Positions 10,409-22,399 are shown, numbered from the stretch's first letter. The stretch: 64,000 bases of DNA from an uncultured Gammaproteobacteria bacterium (GCA_963705725.1 CAVPKM010000018.1:1-64000), one strand, 5' to 3'. Made by a program: numbers and translations. Notes: generated by a model not told the origin, from the letters alone.

Positions 10409-11458
10409 TTAAGTCATTACCTCTTCAAGTAACTCATGATTTTCATTAATAGTGAGACCTGCCTTTAACAGAATGCAAAGGGTAATTAACGGAAGAATGG
10501 CAATAAGGGTGATCAAGATTTCCCAGCGAGGATAAAAAATGCTTAAGATAGCAAGGGGGAACAGCCAAAATACATTAATATATTGTACCCGCAATACTAC
10601 ATGCCGATGACAACCCGTTTTTTTAACTGCTTGTTGAAAAGCATGACTGCGATGTGCTTGATACCAAGCTTCACCTCTTAATACCCGATGGATTAATGTC
10701 AGTGTGGCATCAACCCAAAAGCAACCAAGTAAAATCAGCCACTGCCATAGTGTCGAGGATCCCGTCATCAATGTTTCTATCAATAAAACGCCAAATATAA
10801 ACCCTAAAAAACCACTACCGGTGTCTCCCATGAACACACTGGCAGGTGACCAATTCCAAATTAAAAATCCAGCGGAAACGGAGGCAAGCAATAAAAATAA
10901 AGGCAGTAAGGATGTATCTTTTTTAAGAAACAAAAGAAAAACCATGGAAATCGATACAAAAATGGCTTCGCTACTAGCCAGGCCATCAATTCCATCCATA
11001 AAATTATAAAGATTAATTAACCAAACTAGCCCCAACAGTCCAATCATGTAGCCCAATAGCTTCCAATGAACAACCATGAAGCCAAGATCTAAAGATGGCA
11101 TTCCCCCAAATAAATACAATACCAAGGCAGCGGCCAGAAAATGAAAAAAAATACGCACGCGAACAGCCACATGGTGGATATCATCAATTAAACCAACTAA
11201 AGCCAATAAAATGCCTCCGACTAAAAAGGAGATAAGCAGAGGTAAGCTTAGAAGGTGGCAAAGATAGAGCAGTACCACACCAAATAAAAAAGTAATGACC
11301 ATACCAATTCCGCCACCAGAAGGCGTTGGCCTAGCATGCGAGCTTCGTGCATTAGGAATATCGAGCAAATGAAACCGAAAAGCTATTTTTTTAAAAAAAG
11401 AGACTAAGATAGAGGTGGCAATAAATCCTAACAAAATAATGAAAAGTGTTGTGTTCAT
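10409..11458 (-). CDS. Polyprenyl-phosphate N-acetylhexosamine-1-phosphate transferase (MraY/WecA/WbpL family)
   Basis: Polytopic membrane protein; DIPNARSSH..PTP.GGG, GLIDD, NLYNFMDGIDG, FMGD.GS, AHRSHAFQ. Confidence 0.88.
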   Translation of the reverse strand: MNTTLFIILLGFIATSILVSFFKKIAFRFHLLDIPNARSSHARPTPSGGGIGMVITFLFGVVLLYLCHLLSLPLLISFLVGGILLALVGLIDDIHHVAVRVRIFFHFLAAALVLYLFGGMPSLDLGFMVVHWKLLGYMIGLLGLVWLINLYNFMDGIDGLASSEAIFVSISMVFLLFLKKDTSLLPLFLLLASVSAGFLIWNWSPASVFMGDTGSGFLGFIFGVLLIETLMTGSSTLWQWLILLGCFWVDATLTLIHRVLRGEAWYQAHRSHAFQQAVKKTGCHRHVVLRVQYINVFWLFPLAILSIFYPRWEILITLIAILPLITLCILLKAGLTINENHELLEEVMT

Positions 11459-11478
11459 CCCGACATCACCTTACAAAT

Positions 11479-12594
11479 TTATACAACCTCAACGCGGAGT
11501 TTAATAATGTCGATCAATTCAGAAGTAATTTTTTCAATATCGCTGTCTGTTAGATATGGATGGAAAGGTAAACTTAATACGCGTCCTGCAGAAAGTTCCG
11601 CTATTGGTAAATGGTTATAATAAGGCGCTAAATCTTCAAAAATTGGCTGTCGATGTAGCGGCACAGGATAATGAACTGCAGTTGGGATTCCCCTTTCCTG
11701 TAAAAGTTTTTGAACGTTGGTTCGATCATCAACTTGCAAGGTATATTGTGCATAAATACTTTGATTATAGGGTTCCACATAAGGAATGGGCAGATGGGCT
11801 TTAAGTATTTCGTTATATTTATGTGCTATTCGTTGTCGCAGGCTAATTTCTTGTTTAAAAATTTCTAATTTAGCAAGCAGTATGGCAGCTTGAATAGAAT
11901 CTAACCGGCTATTTAAACCCAATAATACATGATTATAACGTGTGTTTTGTCCATGATTCCTAATTTTACGCATTTTATCAGCTAGGCAATCATCATCGGT
12001 GAAACATGCCCCTCCATCACCGTAGCAACCTAGTGGCTTAGCAGGAAAAAAACTGGTACAGCCAATCAACCCAAGATTGCAGGAAAACCGTCCTTTATAA
12101 CTGGCACCAAAGCTTTGCGCCGCATCTTCGATAACAAAAAGATTATGTGCCGCTGCAATTTGATTAATGGCATCAAAATCTGCACATTGACCATATAGAT
12201 TCACCGGCATGATGACTTTAGTTTTCGAAGTAATTGCTTTTTCAATTAACGCGGGTTGAATGTTATAAGTATCAGGATGGATATCTACAAAGACGGGCAC
12301 TGCGCCAAGTAAACGTATCATTTCTGCTGTTGCGATAAAGGTGAACGGCGAAGTGATCACTTCATCACCTGGCTGAATTCCAAGCGCCATCATCGCGACC
12401 AATAACGCATCTGTTCCGCTTGCAAGCGTAATACAATGCTTTGCTTGAACCGATACTGCCAACTGAGATTCTAATTCAATAACTTCCGGGCCCATGATGT
12501 AAATGCCATGATCCAGGACTGATTTAATTCGCTCAAAAAGCGGATCTTTTATCAGCTCATATTGTTTTTTCAAGTCAACAAATTGCATCTTCAC
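11479..12594 (-). CDS. DegT/DnrJ/EryC1/StrS sugar aminotransferase (WbpE-like)
   Basis: SGTDAL, IEDAAQSFGA, SFFPAKPLGCYGDGG, NSRLDSIQAA. Confidence 0.9.
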   Translation of the reverse strand: MKMQFVDLKKQYELIKDPLFERIKSVLDHGIYIMGPEVIELESQLAVSVQAKHCITLASGTDALLVAMMALGIQPGDEVITSPFTFIATAEMIRLLGAVPVFVDIHPDTYNIQPALIEKAITSKTKVIMPVNLYGQCADFDAINQIAAAHNLFVIEDAAQSFGASYKGRFSCNLGLIGCTSFFPAKPLGCYGDGGACFTDDDCLADKMRKIRNHGQNTRYNHVLLGLNSRLDSIQAAILLAKLEIFKQEISLRQRIAHKYNEILKAHLPIPYVEPYNQSIYAQYTLQVDDRTNVQKLLQERGIPTAVHYPVPLHRQPIFEDLAPYYNHLPIAELSAGRVLSLPFHPYLTDSDIEKITSELIDIIKLRVEVV

Positions 12595-12608
12595 CTTAAA
12601 TCTCGTAG

Positions 12609-14084
<1,476 letters not shown>

Positions 14085-14094
14085 GAATAAGACA

Positions 14095-14937
14095 ATGAGG
14101 CTTTCCATGGGGGATTGGTTGATCGAAAGAATTACGCACTGGTTGACCAAAAATCATCCGCCCAGACGAGCATATCTTTGTGATTTTGAAAGAATTCGTT
14201 ATGAACTGCGTCCTGGAGATGTGCTGTTAATTGAAGGTCGCAATCAAATTAGTCGTTTTATTCGGAAAGTTACTCAAAGTCCCTGGTCACATGCCGCGCT
14301 TTATTTAGGTCGTTTGTATGATGTCGACAATTTAAATCTTCGCAAAAAAATACAGCAACATTTTGGCGGCGCTTCTGATAGTCAATTGCTGATTGAAAGC
14401 TTAATCGGTAAAGGTACAATTATCACAGCACTCCCCCACTATCGACATGATCATATTCGAATTTGTCGGCCACAAGGACTTTCACGCAAAGATGCACAGC
14501 TAGTGATTGGCTATGCAATTAACCGGCTTGGCGGCAAGTACGACGTTAGGCATGTTATTGATTTAGCACGATTTATTTTACCTTGGGGATATTTCAGTCG
14601 TTGGCATTCTATTTTATTTGACCCCACCCCATCAAAAGCTGCTTATGATATTTGTTCCGCTATGATCGCAGAAGCGTTTGGTTCAGTTAAGTTTCCTATT
14701 TTACCTGTAGTAAAGCATGATGATGAAAATGGGATTGAATTAATACAAAGAAATCCCAGACTTTTTACGCCAAGTGATTTTGACTATTCCCCTTATTTTG
14801 ACATTATTAAATATCCATTTTTTTCTTTATCAGAACAGCCACCCTATCACCACCTACCTTGGAAAGAAGGCGCAGTCAGTATCGACGGTGGGAGAGATCT
14901 TTATATTAATGACAAAAAAGCCGATAAATCCTATTAA
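14095..14937 (+). CDS. Permuted NlpC/P60 papain-like protein (YiiX/YebB-like)
   Basis: LRPGDVLL, SPWSHAALY (His first), YD motif, ICSAMIAEAF (Cys later), TPSDFD. Confidence 0.8.
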   Translation: MRLSMGDWLIERITHWLTKNHPPRRAYLCDFERIRYELRPGDVLLIEGRNQISRFIRKVTQSPWSHAALYLGRLYDVDNLNLRKKIQQHFGGASDSQLLIESLIGKGTIITALPHYRHDHIRICRPQGLSRKDAQLVIGYAINRLGGKYDVRHVIDLARFILPWGYFSRWHSILFDPTPSKAAYDICSAMIAEAFGSVKFPILPVVKHDDENGIELIQRNPRLFTPSDFDYSPYFDIIKYPFFSLSEQPPYHHLPWKEGAVSIDGGRDLYINDKKADKSY

Positions 14938-15590
14938 CGTTTCCTCGCCAAGGTCAACCCATCTGCAATTGGAAGCATGCTAAGATCCACCCGTACATCT
15001 TGTAAAATTTTTTCATTCAAGGCATCAATTACACAAGCATTTTCATCCGTTGGGGTGATCACCCGCCCATCTTGAAAAACATTATCGATTGCGATCACCC
15101 CACCGGAACGCAGTAATTGTAAAGATAGCTCATAGTAAGTGGGATAATTTTTTTTATCAGCATCAATAAAAATAAAATCAAAGCTGCTTGCTTCTCCTTG
15201 ATGTAGTAATTCTTTTAAAGTTTCTGTCGCCTGCCCAAGCTTGAGCTCAATTTTTTGTGCTTGTTCCGCCAGCTGCCAATATTTTTTAGCCATGTTCGTC
15301 CATTCATTATTAATATCACACCCGATCACTTTTCCTTCGTCTGTCATTGCCATCGCGACAACTAAGGCGCTATAACCGGTAAAAACTCCGATATCCAAAG
15401 TCTTTTTAGCATTTAACATTTTTACCAAAAAGGCTAAAAACTGACCTTGTTCAGGCGCAATCTGCATTTTGGCTGCACTTAATCCTTTTGTTTCGAGACG
15501 TAATTGAGCAAGAATAGGATCTTCCCTCAAAGAATGGGTAAGATAATATTGATATAAACTATCCGTCATGGAAATTGTCATTCTTGACAT
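14934..15590 (-). CDS. SAM-dependent O-methyltransferase (caffeoyl-CoA OMT-like)
   Basis: MQIAPEQGQFL, LDIGVFTGYSAL, FDFIFIDADK..Y, DNV, IADGLTLARK. Confidence 0.9.
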   Translation of the reverse strand: MSRMTISMTDSLYQYYLTHSLREDPILAQLRLETKGLSAAKMQIAPEQGQFLAFLVKMLNAKKTLDIGVFTGYSALVVAMAMTDEGKVIGCDINNEWTNMAKKYWQLAEQAQKIELKLGQATETLKELLHQGEASSFDFIFIDADKKNYPTYYELSLQLLRSGGVIAIDNVFQDGRVITPTDENACVIDALNEKILQDVRVDLSMLPIADGLTLARKR

Positions 15591-15639
15591 AATTTTCTCC
15601 TATTAATAAGGTACAGGCATTAATCTTTCTGAGTATAAA

Positions 15640-16908
15640 ATGAGTAATAAATCTAAGCCACTACCTAGGCCGTTATTTGACACATTAAACAGATTAGACC
15701 AGGAATCTGATTCAGGCTTGAATGATTATCTCCTAACCTTAGCTATTCCAGAAGCAATACAAGAATACGCGCTAACCAGCGAATTTTTACGAAGTTATAG
15801 TGGTTCATCTGATACTTTTAATGCTTATAGGCGAGAAGTAGAAAGATTTTTACAATGCGCTTGGTTACTAATAGAAAAACCAATCAAATTAATTGATCGT
15901 AATGACATACGAGACTACCTCCTATTAATTCAAAATCCACCAAAAAACTGGATTGCCACTAAAAATGTGGCCAGATTTATTATTAAAAATGGTCGGCGCA
16001 TTCCGAATTCCGAATGGAGACCATTTGTAGTCAGAATTTCAAAGGTTCTTCACAAGGAAGGAAAACGTCCAGATAAAGCACAATATCAGCTCACGAATAA
16101 ATCTGTTCAAGCCTTATTTGCAGGATTAAGTACCTACTTTACCTTTTTACAGCAAGAAGGTTACCTAGAAGTCAACCCAGTCCAATTAATTAGACAAAAA
16201 AGTCGTTTTATTCAAAAAGTCCAATCTCAAAAAGTTACACGAAAGTTAAGTAATTTACAGTGGCATGTTGTCATTGAAACTATTGAAAATTTAGCGAATC
16301 AAGACGCTTTTTATGAACGCCATCTTTTTCTCATTTCTATTTTTTATTTGTTAGGCCTGCGTATTTCAGAAGTTTCTGAAACGCCTGGCAGAATACCTAA
16401 AATGGGTGATTTCAATCCTGATAAAAATGACAGATGGTGGTTTACAACAGTCGGCAAAGGCAATAAAGTACGCGATGTTGCTGTGCCAAACGCAATGCTC
16501 GAGGCTTTAAAACGTTACCGAATAAGTAGAGGTTTAACGCCGTTACCTGGCCGTAGTGAAATTTCACCGCTTATCCATAAAGAGAAAGGAAAAGGAGGGA
16601 TTGGCACAAGACAAGTGCGAAAGTTAATTCAAATTTGTTTTGATCGAGCTATTTCTCAATTGCGTTTAGCAGGTAAGGAAGATGAGGCACAGGATTTAAA
16701 TTTTGCAACCGTCCACTGGCTAAGACATACTGCAATATCTGCAGATGTAGAACACAGGCCACGCGAACATGTTAGAGACGATGCCGGTCATGAAAATGCA
16801 ATGATTACAGATCGCTATATTGATACGGATCGAATTTCTCGTCATGAATCCGCTAAACTGAAACCACTCAAACCCTTACTTGAGGATAATCTGGAGAAAG
16901 AATGCTAA
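15640..16908 (+). CDS. Tyrosine recombinase/integrase family protein
   Basis: Complete catalytic set: GLRISE (R), GKGNK (K), HWLRH (HxxR), GH, TDRY (Y); N-terminal core-binding region YRREVERF. Confidence 0.9.
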   Translation: MSNKSKPLPRPLFDTLNRLDQESDSGLNDYLLTLAIPEAIQEYALTSEFLRSYSGSSDTFNAYRREVERFLQCAWLLIEKPIKLIDRNDIRDYLLLIQNPPKNWIATKNVARFIIKNGRRIPNSEWRPFVVRISKVLHKEGKRPDKAQYQLTNKSVQALFAGLSTYFTFLQQEGYLEVNPVQLIRQKSRFIQKVQSQKVTRKLSNLQWHVVIETIENLANQDAFYERHLFLISIFYLLGLRISEVSETPGRIPKMGDFNPDKNDRWWFTTVGKGNKVRDVAVPNAMLEALKRYRISRGLTPLPGRSEISPLIHKEKGKGGIGTRQVRKLIQICFDRAISQLRLAGKEDEAQDLNFATVHWLRHTAISADVEHRPREHVRDDAGHENAMITDRYIDTDRISRHESAKLKPLKPLLEDNLEKEC

Positions 16909-18617
16909 ATTTTAAAATAAAAAAAGATAAAAATAATGAGAATGCATGGATTGAAACTAATCTGTCTGGTAAACCGCTTTTAATGATTTCTCAGTTGAAC
17001 AAAGGCACTGCATTTACCGAAGAGGAGCGACATTTATTTGGACTCGTCGGAAAACTACCCACACGGGTGGAAGAATTACATGAACAAGCGATGAGAGCTT
17101 ACTTGCAATACAAATCTTATGATTCATTACTGCAAAAAAATATCTATTTACGTAATTTGCATAGTCATAATGAAGTTTTATTTTATAAATTAATTAATAA
17201 TCATCTTGAAGAAATGATGCCGATTATTTATACCCCTATCGTTGGAACGGCTGTCATTGAGTATAGTAAGCAATTTCGACAGCCTCGAGGTATTTATATT
17301 TCCTACCCTGATATCGATAAGATGGAAGAAATTTTATCCAATCGCAGCAATCCAGAAATCGATCTTATTGTTGTTAGCGATGGCGAGGGCGTGCTTGGCA
17401 TTGGTGATCAAGGCGTGGGGGCAATGGATATTCCTGTTGCAAAACTGATGGTCTATACATTAGTCGCAGGCATTAATCCTTTGAATACCCTCCCCATCCT
17501 ACTTGATGTTGGCACAAATAACCAAAATTTATTGGATGATCCACTTTATCTAGGTTGGCGGAACAAGCGCGTATCAGGAGAAGAGTATGAACAATTTATA
17601 GACAAATTTATTCAAGCGATAAAGCAAACCTTTCCGAATGTTTTCTTGCACTGGGAAGATTTTGGTCGTCATAATGCCAGGCGGAATTTAGAACGTTATC
17701 GCAAAGAGATATGCACGTTTAATGATGATATTCAGGGAACGGGAGTGGTGACACTTGCTGCCCTACTTGCCGCTGTAAAAGCAACAAATACACCTTTACC
17801 TTCACAAAAAATTGTGATTTTTGGAGGAGGAACCGCAGGAGTAGGTATTGCTGATCAAATTACCGATGCGATGATGCGCGATGGGTTATCTGAAGACGAA
17901 GCACATCGCTGTTTTTGGCTACTCGATCGCTCTGGTCTGATGACTGAAAAATCAATTAAACTTTCCCCGGAACAAGCGCGTTATGCAAGAAAAGCGGAAG
18001 AAGCCGCATCTTGGGTGACGCTTCAACCGAATTACATTAGCCTCGAAGATGTGGTTAAGCATGTTCATCCAACCATCCTAATTGGTGTCTCCACTTCTGC
18101 TGGCGCTTTCACAGAATCGATTATAAAAGAAATGGCAGCCCACGTGGAAAGACCCATTATCTTTCCTCTATCCAACCCGACAGAAAAATCTGAAGCGACA
18201 CCTGAATCATTAATTCAATGGACAGAAGGTAAAGCACTAATCGCAACAGGCAGCCCCTTTGCCCCTGTTTATTATGAGGAAAAACTGATACCGATTGCAC
18301 AATGTAATAATGCCCTCGTTTTTCCGGGAATTGGGCTGGGCGTGATTGCAACAAAAGCAAAAGAAGTCACAGAAGAAATGTTGTGGGCTGCTTGTCAAAA
18401 AACCGTTTCCTGTTCACCTATTTTGAGAGAACCAAATGGTGCCTTGTTACCAAAATTTGATCAAGCTTCTGAATTATCACGTGAAATTGCAATTAGTGTC
18501 GCAGAAGTAGCCATTCGTGAAGGCCTAGCGCGTATAGATCCGCTGGAATCACCGGAAAAATTGGTCGATCAAGCGATTTGGGAACCACATTACCTCCCTT
18601 ATAAAAAAATCGAATAA
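16902..18617 (+). CDS. maeA: NAD-dependent malic enzyme
   Basis: LNKGTAF, MPIIYTPIVG, DGEGVLGIGDQG, WEDF, FNDDIQGTG, PLSNPT, QCNN. Confidence 0.93.
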   Translation: MLNFKIKKDKNNENAWIETNLSGKPLLMISQLNKGTAFTEEERHLFGLVGKLPTRVEELHEQAMRAYLQYKSYDSLLQKNIYLRNLHSHNEVLFYKLINNHLEEMMPIIYTPIVGTAVIEYSKQFRQPRGIYISYPDIDKMEEILSNRSNPEIDLIVVSDGEGVLGIGDQGVGAMDIPVAKLMVYTLVAGINPLNTLPILLDVGTNNQNLLDDPLYLGWRNKRVSGEEYEQFIDKFIQAIKQTFPNVFLHWEDFGRHNARRNLERYRKEICTFNDDIQGTGVVTLAALLAAVKATNTPLPSQKIVIFGGGTAGVGIADQITDAMMRDGLSEDEAHRCFWLLDRSGLMTEKSIKLSPEQARYARKAEEAASWVTLQPNYISLEDVVKHVHPTILIGVSTSAGAFTESIIKEMAAHVERPIIFPLSNPTEKSEATPESLIQWTEGKALIATGSPFAPVYYEEKLIPIAQCNNALVFPGIGLGVIATKAKEVTEEMLWAACQKTVSCSPILREPNGALLPKFDQASELSREIAISVAEVAIREGLARIDPLESPEKLVDQAIWEPHYLPYKKIE

Positions 18618-18632
18618 CTATTCAGAACAGAA
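18614..18632 (+). repeat. Short remnant of the MITE terminus overlapping the malic enzyme stop codon
   Basis: ATAACTATTCAGAACAGAA matches GTAACTATTCAGCACAGGA at 16/19. Confidence 0.55.
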
Positions 18633-18643
18633 GGAATCAAGGT

Positions 18644-20086
18644 ATGGAAACTAAAATTGTGCCTGTTATTTTAGCGGGAGGCTCTGGTACGAGATTATGG
18701 CCCCTATCGCGAGAAAATTTTCCAAAACAATTCTTGAACTTGATTGGAAAGCATTCTCTTTTGCAAGAAACACTGCTACGCGTAAAAAAAGCCACAGATT
18801 GTCAGGAACTGATTATCATTACCAATGAAGCACATTATTTTCTTTGTCAAGACCAGTTAGCTCAAATTGGTTTTGATAATGCCAAATATATTTTAGAAAC
18901 TTGTGCGCGCAATACTGCGCCTGCCATCGCAATCGCAGCTCAATATGTATTTGAATATATTAATCCTCAGGCAAATCTCTTAGTGCTGCCGGCTGACCAC
19001 CTCATTGTAGAGACAGAGACTTTCAAAGAAGTCATACAACACGCGGAAAAAAATCTTGAGAAAGGTTCATTGACAATTTTTGGCATTTCCCCTAATGCGC
19101 CTAAAACTGGCTATGGCTATATTGAGAAGGGTGAAGCGCTAATACCCGGTATTTTTAGAGTAAAGAGATTTGTAGAAAAACCCAATCTTGAAACTGCTTT
19201 GCAATATTGTCAAAGCGGAAATTATTATTGGAATAGCGGCATGTTTTTATTTCAGCCTAAAACCTATTTAGATGAATTAAGAAAACATTCACCTATTATT
19301 CATGATCATGCTGTTCGAGCTTATCAACATAGCTTAAGAAAAAAGGATTATTTTCGTGTTGATAAACCTATTTTTACAGAATGTCCTAGTGATTCCATCG
19401 ATTATGCGGTAATGGAAAAAACCGATATTGCCGTAATGGTAGAGCTCAATCTTTCCTGGTATGACCTAGGTTGCTGGGCATCGGTAGCAGAAGCGGGTGA
19501 GAAAGATGAAAACAATAATTTTGTTAAGGGTAATGTTCATTTGGAACAAAGTAAAAATTGTTTGATTTCATCTGATGATAAATTAGTTTCTGCCATTGGG
19601 CTTGAAAACCAAATAGTAATTTGTACCGCAGATGCCGTTCTGGTTGCAGATAAGCGTTATTCTCAAGATGTCAAATCTGTAGTTGCCAAATTAAAAGCCC
19701 AAAGCAACCCGATAGCAGCAGACCATAAAAAAGTTTTTCGACCATGGGGTTATTATCAAACATTAATTTCTGGCCCTTGTTACCAGGTAAAATATATTAT
19801 GGTCAAGCCTGGCGGAAAATTATCCTTACAGCTTCATGCACATCGATGTGAACATTGGGTAGTAGTCAACGGTGAAGCTTTTATTCAAAATGGAGAAAAA
19901 GTTCTCACCCTTTATGAGAACCAATCTACTTATATTAATAAGGGAACCAAGCATCGTTTATCCAATATCACCGATAATCCCTTATGCATTATTGAAGTCC
20001 AAGTCGGCGAGTATTTAGGAGAAGATGATATTATTCGTTTTGAAGATATCTATGAGCGCACCGAAGCACTAGGGCCGGTGAAATGA
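18644..20086 (+). CDS. manC: Mannose-1-phosphate guanylyltransferase / mannose-6-phosphate isomerase
   Basis: VILAGGSGTRLWPLSR..PKQF, RNTAPAI, FVEKP, SIDYAVME, C-terminal cupin RPWG..LSLQ.H.HR.EHW. Confidence 0.95.
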   Translation: METKIVPVILAGGSGTRLWPLSRENFPKQFLNLIGKHSLLQETLLRVKKATDCQELIIITNEAHYFLCQDQLAQIGFDNAKYILETCARNTAPAIAIAAQYVFEYINPQANLLVLPADHLIVETETFKEVIQHAEKNLEKGSLTIFGISPNAPKTGYGYIEKGEALIPGIFRVKRFVEKPNLETALQYCQSGNYYWNSGMFLFQPKTYLDELRKHSPIIHDHAVRAYQHSLRKKDYFRVDKPIFTECPSDSIDYAVMEKTDIAVMVELNLSWYDLGCWASVAEAGEKDENNNFVKGNVHLEQSKNCLISSDDKLVSAIGLENQIVICTADAVLVADKRYSQDVKSVVAKLKAQSNPIAADHKKVFRPWGYYQTLISGPCYQVKYIMVKPGGKLSLQLHAHRCEHWVVVNGEAFIQNGEKVLTLYENQSTYINKGTKHRLSNITDNPLCIIEVQVGEYLGEDDIIRFEDIYERTEALGPVK

Positions 20087-21880
20087 GGGTACTTCACATG
20101 ATTCCTCTCGTTTATCAACATTTGGCAAAGCTTTTAAAATACGAACTTTTAGCTTCTCGATATGCTTATCAAGGTTTGGCGTCTTAATTGAATCTCTTTC
20201 TAATTCAAAAGATTCAAACATGGCTTCAGTAAAATATTTTGCGCTTTTTGGCACAGACTGAATGCAATTTTCAATTTCTGAAATCGATATAAAATAAAAC
20301 GTTTCTAGCAACATCCATTCTTTTCCCTCAACAAAATTGTTTAACTCTTTGATAAAGGTAGGAGATTGCAATAAATACTTCATTATAATTGGATGCCAGT
20401 CACTTTCAGCAACATTTTGTAAAAAAACTTTTTCCCAAAATTGCATATTATCATTCAATAACCAAGCTAAGGCTGCATTCACTATGCGTTTAACACAGAC
20501 AAAATCAATTATCGCTATTTTATCAGAAAGTAGCTGGCTATTTTGTTCTCCTTTGTTAATCGTTTCATCTTTGAAAAGCTGATTAAGTAGGTAGTGGTGA
20601 TGATTATCAATTTCCGGATAATAAAAGCGATTTCTTTTTAAAAAGAATATTAGCTGAGATAAAGCCAATTTTGCATCAAGTCCTGCTTTAGCCATCACTC
20701 CGGGCATAGCCTCGGCAAGCAGTTCAAGCCAAACTGTCTGATAATACGACGCTAATTGAGGGTGTGTTATGGGTTCAAACAAGCACAAAAAAGTCTTTAC
20801 TTCTTGATTACAGGTATATTTATAAGCCAAGGCGGTGAGTAAGCGGTGGGCTTGAAGTTCCAGTGTATCATGTAGTGAAGGTGCTATTTGCTCGTTAAAT
20901 CCAGGATAATAATGATTAATAGCAAGAAGCATGGAGGTCATTTCAACAGGATTACATTCATCAATTTCATTGGATTCATGGAATATATTATTCCCCATAA
21001 TCGTTCTCTCAAAGAAAGGAATGGGGTTATTAATAAAATCTTTTGTCTTTTCAAGGTATCTGATTGTTTCAGGAGGACTTGGTTGTGTGGCTTTTTCTAA
21101 AAATTGTTTAAAATAATAGTAATGATGAATATTGAAATTTTCAGGCTTCTTTTTAATGGAATCCGGCATGATATTATCCATATCATATAAAATTTTTTTA
21201 ATTTCATCATTATCGCTGTTTTCAGTAGCGATCTTTATTTGCCGAGTAAGTTCTCTTAGCTTACAGTTTCGATTTACTAGCTGTTCAACTAATGAATTAG
21301 ACCCGTTTTGAACCCAGAAGCCACTTCGAACCGCATTAAAACTAGCAAGACCTAGGTTTAGGTTAGTTAAGAAAATGTTGTCACTTACCGCTTGGCAAAT
21401 TGTTTGTATTCCTGCAACACTCATATCACCGAGAATCTCAAGAGTCTTGAGTCGAAATTTTGATTTAAGCGTAGCAGCCAGAGTTAACACCCCTACATCA
21501 CCAATTTGACAATTGTGTAGGCGTAAAGCGGTTAAGTCAGAATGATGTTTAAGTACATTAGCAAGTAAAATAATATCACTCTCAACTAAAGACCAATCAA
21601 TTAAAATCACACTCAAATGAAATTGCTTGCAGATAGCAATTATTTTAGGGATAAGCAATCTTTGTAACTTTTCCCACATTGGCGGCAATAAGGCGGCTGA
21701 AAATTCATTACTACATTTAAGATGGATGCAATTTAATGTCCTTGATATTTTAGAAAGTATCAATTGAATATGATCGATTTGATGTTGAATGCTATCTAAT
21801 ACTGGAGAAAGATTATCGCAGTCTTTTTCATTAGCGTAATAATCTAATACTTTTTGAAGAAGTTCGTTAATTTCTTGCAT
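20069..21880 (-). CDS. Leucine-rich-repeat (RI-like) protein with unknown C-terminal domain; candidate effector
   Basis: About 28-residue units LTALRLHNCQIGDVGVLTLAATL / LKTLEI..MSVAGIQTICQAV / LTNLNL. Confidence 0.65.
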   Translation of the reverse strand: MQEINELLQKVLDYYANEKDCDNLSPVLDSIQHQIDHIQLILSKISRTLNCIHLKCSNEFSAALLPPMWEKLQRLLIPKIIAICKQFHLSVILIDWSLVESDIILLANVLKHHSDLTALRLHNCQIGDVGVLTLAATLKSKFRLKTLEILGDMSVAGIQTICQAVSDNIFLTNLNLGLASFNAVRSGFWVQNGSNSLVEQLVNRNCKLRELTRQIKIATENSDNDEIKKILYDMDNIMPDSIKKKPENFNIHHYYYFKQFLEKATQPSPPETIRYLEKTKDFINNPIPFFERTIMGNNIFHESNEIDECNPVEMTSMLLAINHYYPGFNEQIAPSLHDTLELQAHRLLTALAYKYTCNQEVKTFLCLFEPITHPQLASYYQTVWLELLAEAMPGVMAKAGLDAKLALSQLIFFLKRNRFYYPEIDNHHHYLLNQLFKDETINKGEQNSQLLSDKIAIIDFVCVKRIVNAALAWLLNDNMQFWEKVFLQNVAESDWHPIIMKYLLQSPTFIKELNNFVEGKEWMLLETFYFISISEIENCIQSVPKSAKYFTEAMFESFELERDSIKTPNLDKHIEKLKVRILKALPNVDKREESCEVPSFHRP

Positions 21881-21894
21881 AGTAACTCAATTAA

Positions 21895-22356
21895 TTAATT
21901 TTTTTTAGGGGAGAAGAAATAATCCAGTGAAAAAATATCGTGACGGTTAGAAGCAATTAATAAAAAAATAACTAATGCCAAACGAGAAAAAGTCAGCCCT
22001 TGTGAAATATTATACAGTGGATCGATTAGTGAGTGTCCATAGGTGGTGACAATCAGTAATAAACCGGAAAGAAATGCCACTTCGCGTGCTTTAAATCCTA
22101 TGCAAAATAAGATCGCAAATAATAACTCAAAAAAAGGTATCGATAATCCCAAGGTCCATAAGATAAAGTGAGGTATCCAAGTATTTTGGAAATTGGTAAT
22201 AAAAAATTTTTCTGCATGACCAATTGGAGTCAGCACCCAAATTTTCCAGATAGCTGCATTTAAAAAGGAAATACCCAGTACTAAACGCGCAATGGTGTAA
22301 GCGAATCCCTTTGCTAATTCATCTGATAATTTGAATTTTTTTAATTTTAAAAACAT
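21895..22356 (-). CDS. DoxX family membrane protein
   Basis: Four TM segments, ARLVLGISF...K, IPFFELL..GF. Confidence 0.7.
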   Translation of the reverse strand: MFLKLKKFKLSDELAKGFAYTIARLVLGISFLNAAIWKIWVLTPIGHAEKFFITNFQNTWIPHFILWTLGLSIPFFELLFAILFCIGFKAREVAFLSGLLLIVTTYGHSLIDPLYNISQGLTFSRLALVIFLLIASNRHDIFSLDYFFSPKKN

Positions 22357-22399
22357 GCTCTAGCTGCTCACGGGTAAGAGTCTGTTCAACGCACAAATG

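Noticed and set aside
15591-15639. ATTAAT-N11-ATTAAT as the recombinase target site
   Set aside because: Arms too short and AT-rich; no 11-13 bp inverted arms around a 6-8 bp spacer, and no dif-like sequence noticed
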